Positions 62,058 through 64,000 of a stretch of DNA of 64,000 nucleotides are shown here, in pieces. A model generated the notes under the pieces. It was not told where the DNA came from. It ran no database searches and saw only the letters and a program-made list of their open reading frames with translations. Location: positions 349,340 to 413,339 of the forward strand of contig OX638356.1 in NCBI GenBank assembly GCA_951813395.1, written 5' to 3'. The position numbers and the translations under genes are program-made. The number at the start of each line of letters is the position of its first letter. Position 1 is the first letter of the stretch. The DNA comes from Longimicrobiales bacterium. Lineage in GTDB: Bacteria; Gemmatimonadota; Gemmatimonadetes; Longimicrobiales; Gaopeijiaceae.

Positions 62058-63170
62058 CTATTCGCGGTCCCCACAGACGGCCGGCGCCTCGTCCGCCAGC
62101 CCGAGCAGCCGAAAATGGTTCTGCCCCAGCGCGATGTTGCGAAACGCCTCGTCGTCCACGAACCGCAGGATCCGGCTCGTGACCTCCAGTTCGGTCCGGT
62201 AGACGTCGAAGTCCTTGTTCGACGATGCCAGAAAGTCCGTCCCCGGCAGGATCCGCTCCGAGTACTCGTTCAGGAACGCGACGTACAGCGGCTGGTAGTC
62301 GGCGCGCGAGAAGTAGTTGTCGTCGATAATCCGCCAGGTGATGTCCAGCATGAGGTTCGGATACCGGTCCAGCATCGACCGCATCAGCCGGATGTGTTCG
62401 GCTGCGGGCAGCGTGGTCAACTCCAGGGACAGCCCCATGTGCATCCATACGATTCGGTTGTCGGGATAGCGGTCGAGGACTTCCTGCATGAGGGGCAGGT
62501 AGAGGGTGGGATCCTCATCGTGGCCGAGGTCCGAGTGAATGGCGATCGGGATGCCGCGTTCGCGAAGGAGGCTCATGAAGGGCGCCCATTCGCGGATCGC
62601 CGCACCTGGCACCGGCTCGTGCCCGTTCCCGAAGAGCGCCTGCTTCACGAGGTTGACCTCGCCCATCCAGCGGAACATCCCCGGGAATTCCCGGTCTAGG
62701 AGCTCGATCCCGGCGACCACCGACTCGGGCCGGGACAGGTCGGGGAAGGTCATGGCCAGCGTGGCATGGACGCCTTCGGGCGGGCTCGCCAGCAGGTCGG
62801 TCGCGTTGGCGAAATCGTTTTTCAGCGTCGGTACGACCGGCGTGCCCACGCAGTCCAGGTAGTAAGTGCACTCCGAGTCGACCGGGAGCATCTGGCCGAT
62901 GCCGTAGACGTTGACGTAGCGCACGCCGGTGTCGCGCAGGTACCCCATGACCTCGTCGAAGGGGACGGGGGCCCCGCCGAACGGGCGAAAATGGAGATGG
63001 CTGTCCACGACCGCCGTCTGCGGCTGGGTGGAGCGGTCGTAGCAGGCCTCGGCCGGGATCTGCGGCAGCTCCGGCCCGGGGGTCATCGGCGCGCAGGCCG
63101 CGAGCCCGCCTGCCAACACGGCGACAACCAGTCCGCTGCCCCACCTGACGACCTGTGATCGAGCACCCAC
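62058..63170 (-). CDS. Amidohydrolase_2-type (TIM-barrel metal-dependent hydrolase) lipoprotein
   Basis: Lipobox GGLAAC, VVDSHLHF (HxH), IAIHSD, and ..PGTDF.. near the C-terminus. Confidence 0.8.
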   Translation of the reverse strand: MGARSQVVRWGSGLVVAVLAGGLAACAPMTPGPELPQIPAEACYDRSTQPQTAVVDSHLHFRPFGGAPVPFDEVMGYLRDTGVRYVNVYGIGQMLPVDSECTYYLDCVGTPVVPTLKNDFANATDLLASPPEGVHATLAMTFPDLSRPESVVAGIELLDREFPGMFRWMGEVNLVKQALFGNGHEPVPGAAIREWAPFMSLLRERGIPIAIHSDLGHDEDPTLYLPLMQEVLDRYPDNRIVWMHMGLSLELTTLPAAEHIRLMRSMLDRYPNLMLDITWRIIDDNYFSRADYQPLYVAFLNEYSERILPGTDFLASSNKDFDVYRTELEVTSRILRFVDDEAFRNIALGQNHFRLLGLADEAPAVCGDRE

Positions 63171-63225
63171 GAGCGTAACCTCCTGGCTGAATACGTATCC
63201 TGACTCCGACCATCCCTGTCAAGCT

Positions 63226-64000
63226 CTACACCGTCACCTCCTTCCACTTCCCCTGCCTGAAGAGCAGGGCGCTGACGACTGCCAGGGTCGAGAACGACAC
63301 GGTCATCGCGATGAACACGCCGGTGGGACCGAGCCCCCCCGAAACGGACAGAAGCCACGCGAGCGGAATCTCCCATAGCCAGAAGCAGAAGAAGTTGAGG
63401 ATGGTGGGCGTCCACACCGCGCCCGCGCCGTTGAACGCGGCGGTCAGCACCATGCCGTAGCCGTAGAACACAAAGCCGATCGACACGATACGCAGGCCCG
63501 TGACTGCGACTTCCGACGCGCTGCCGGATCCGCCGAAGAGACTTACGATTCCCGGCGCAAAGGCGATGAAGAACACGCTGAGGGCCCCGAGGAATGCCAT
63601 GTTCATCTTGCACGCGATCCACGCCGCGCGCTCGGCCCGGGCCGGATCGCCGGCGCCGAGACCCTGCCCGACCATTGTGGCCGCGGCGTTGGAGAGTCCC
63701 CACGCCGGGAGGATGGCGAAGAGGATGATCCGTATCGAGATCACGTAGCCGGCCAGCGCCTCGGCCCCGGACATTGCCGTGACGCGTGTCAGCCCGATCC
63801 AGCTCGCGGTTGCGATGAAGGTCTGCAGCATGCCGGTCGCCGAGAGCCGTATCAGCCGCGCCATGACACCCAGCCGGATTCGCAGGTGCGGGAGGCGGAC
63901 CCGGAGCTTCCCTTTCAGGCGGAGCAGGGTGTAGATCTGCACCAGGACCGCGGTGCCGCGGCCGATGGTGGTCGCGATGGCCGCTCCCTGCACGCCCATC
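63226..64000 (-). CDS. MATE-family efflux transporter (C-terminal part; N-terminus beyond the window end)
   Basis: Six hydrophobic helices with MATE-like motifs (..GVQGAAIATTIGRG.., ..NAAATMVGQGLGAGDP..). The frame is open to the window edge. Confidence 0.85.
   Translation of the reverse strand, partial: MGVQGAAIATTIGRGTAVLVQIYTLLRLKGKLRVRLPHLRIRLGVMARLIRLSATGMLQTFIATASWIGLTRVTAMSGAEALAGYVISIRIILFAILPAWGLSNAAATMVGQGLGAGDPARAERAAWIACKMNMAFLGALSVFFIAFAPGIVSLFGGSGSASEVAVTGLRIVSIGFVFYGYGMVLTAAFNGAGAVWTPTILNFFCFWLWEIPLAWLLSVSGGLGPTGVFIAMTVSFSTLAVVSALLFRQGKWKEVTV

Noticed and set aside
1-64000. Search by eye for CRISPR arrays, tRNA/rRNA genes, IS elements, integrases, and known defence systems beyond the TA modules
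   Set aside because: I saw no regularly spaced direct repeats, no cloverleaf-like AT-rich islands, no DDE/tyrosine recombinase translations, and no reverse transcriptase or nuclease-helicase defence signatures. tRNAscan-SE, Infernal, ISEScan, and DefenseFinder/PADLOC runs would be needed to be definitive.

Overview
High-GC bacterial chromosomal segment. Hand counts of sample 60-nt lines give about 72-75% GC in typical coding lines. Coding is dense: about 55 protein genes, many joined by ATGA/GTGA/TGATG stop-start overlaps. I recognised no rRNA, tRNA, CRISPR array, transposase or integrase by eye. The gene content (a SusC/SusD-type pair, many secreted peptidases and amidohydrolases, plug-only lipoproteins, 6-bladed beta-propeller lipoproteins) suggests a peptide-scavenging Gram-negative, possibly Gemmatimonadota-like; that is a guess I cannot verify here. 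Blocks in order: (1) 1-2.3 kb, AraC regulator translationally coupled to an edge-truncated SARP/BTAD-AAA ATPase. (2) 2.6-8.6 kb, envelope and housekeeping genes (wHTH-repeat membrane protein, DsbA, RDD, PduO-type adenosyltransferase, hydrolase, 7Fe ferredoxin). (3) 9-15 kb, M20 peptidase, plug-only lipoprotein plus beta-propeller, MaoC dehydratase, acyl-CoA ligase, small OMP. (4) 15-18.5 kb, modCBA operon headed by an XRE-HTH/PBP-like regulator. (5) 19.4-33.6 kb, a large peptide / D-amino-acid catabolic cluster with a phd-vapC module embedded in it. (6) 33.7-41.8 kb, more amidohydrolases, an atypical CocE/NonD-like protein, gene remnants, aldolase, OMP, apt. (7) 41.8-49.8 kb, the imuA / imuB-dnaE2 mutagenesis cassette, split by a two-gene insertion; each half has a near-identical promoter/direct-repeat architecture. 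(8) 49.9-59.9 kb, D-lactate dehydrogenase-like oxidase, a second vapBC module overlapping an S9 peptidase, and a SusC/SusD pair. (9) 59.9-62.0 kb, a lower-GC island with a strongly promoted small Cys-rich secreted protein next to a beta-propeller lipoprotein. (10) amidohydrolase_2 and an edge-truncated MATE transporter. All functional calls come from reading the translations by eye; no database searches were run.
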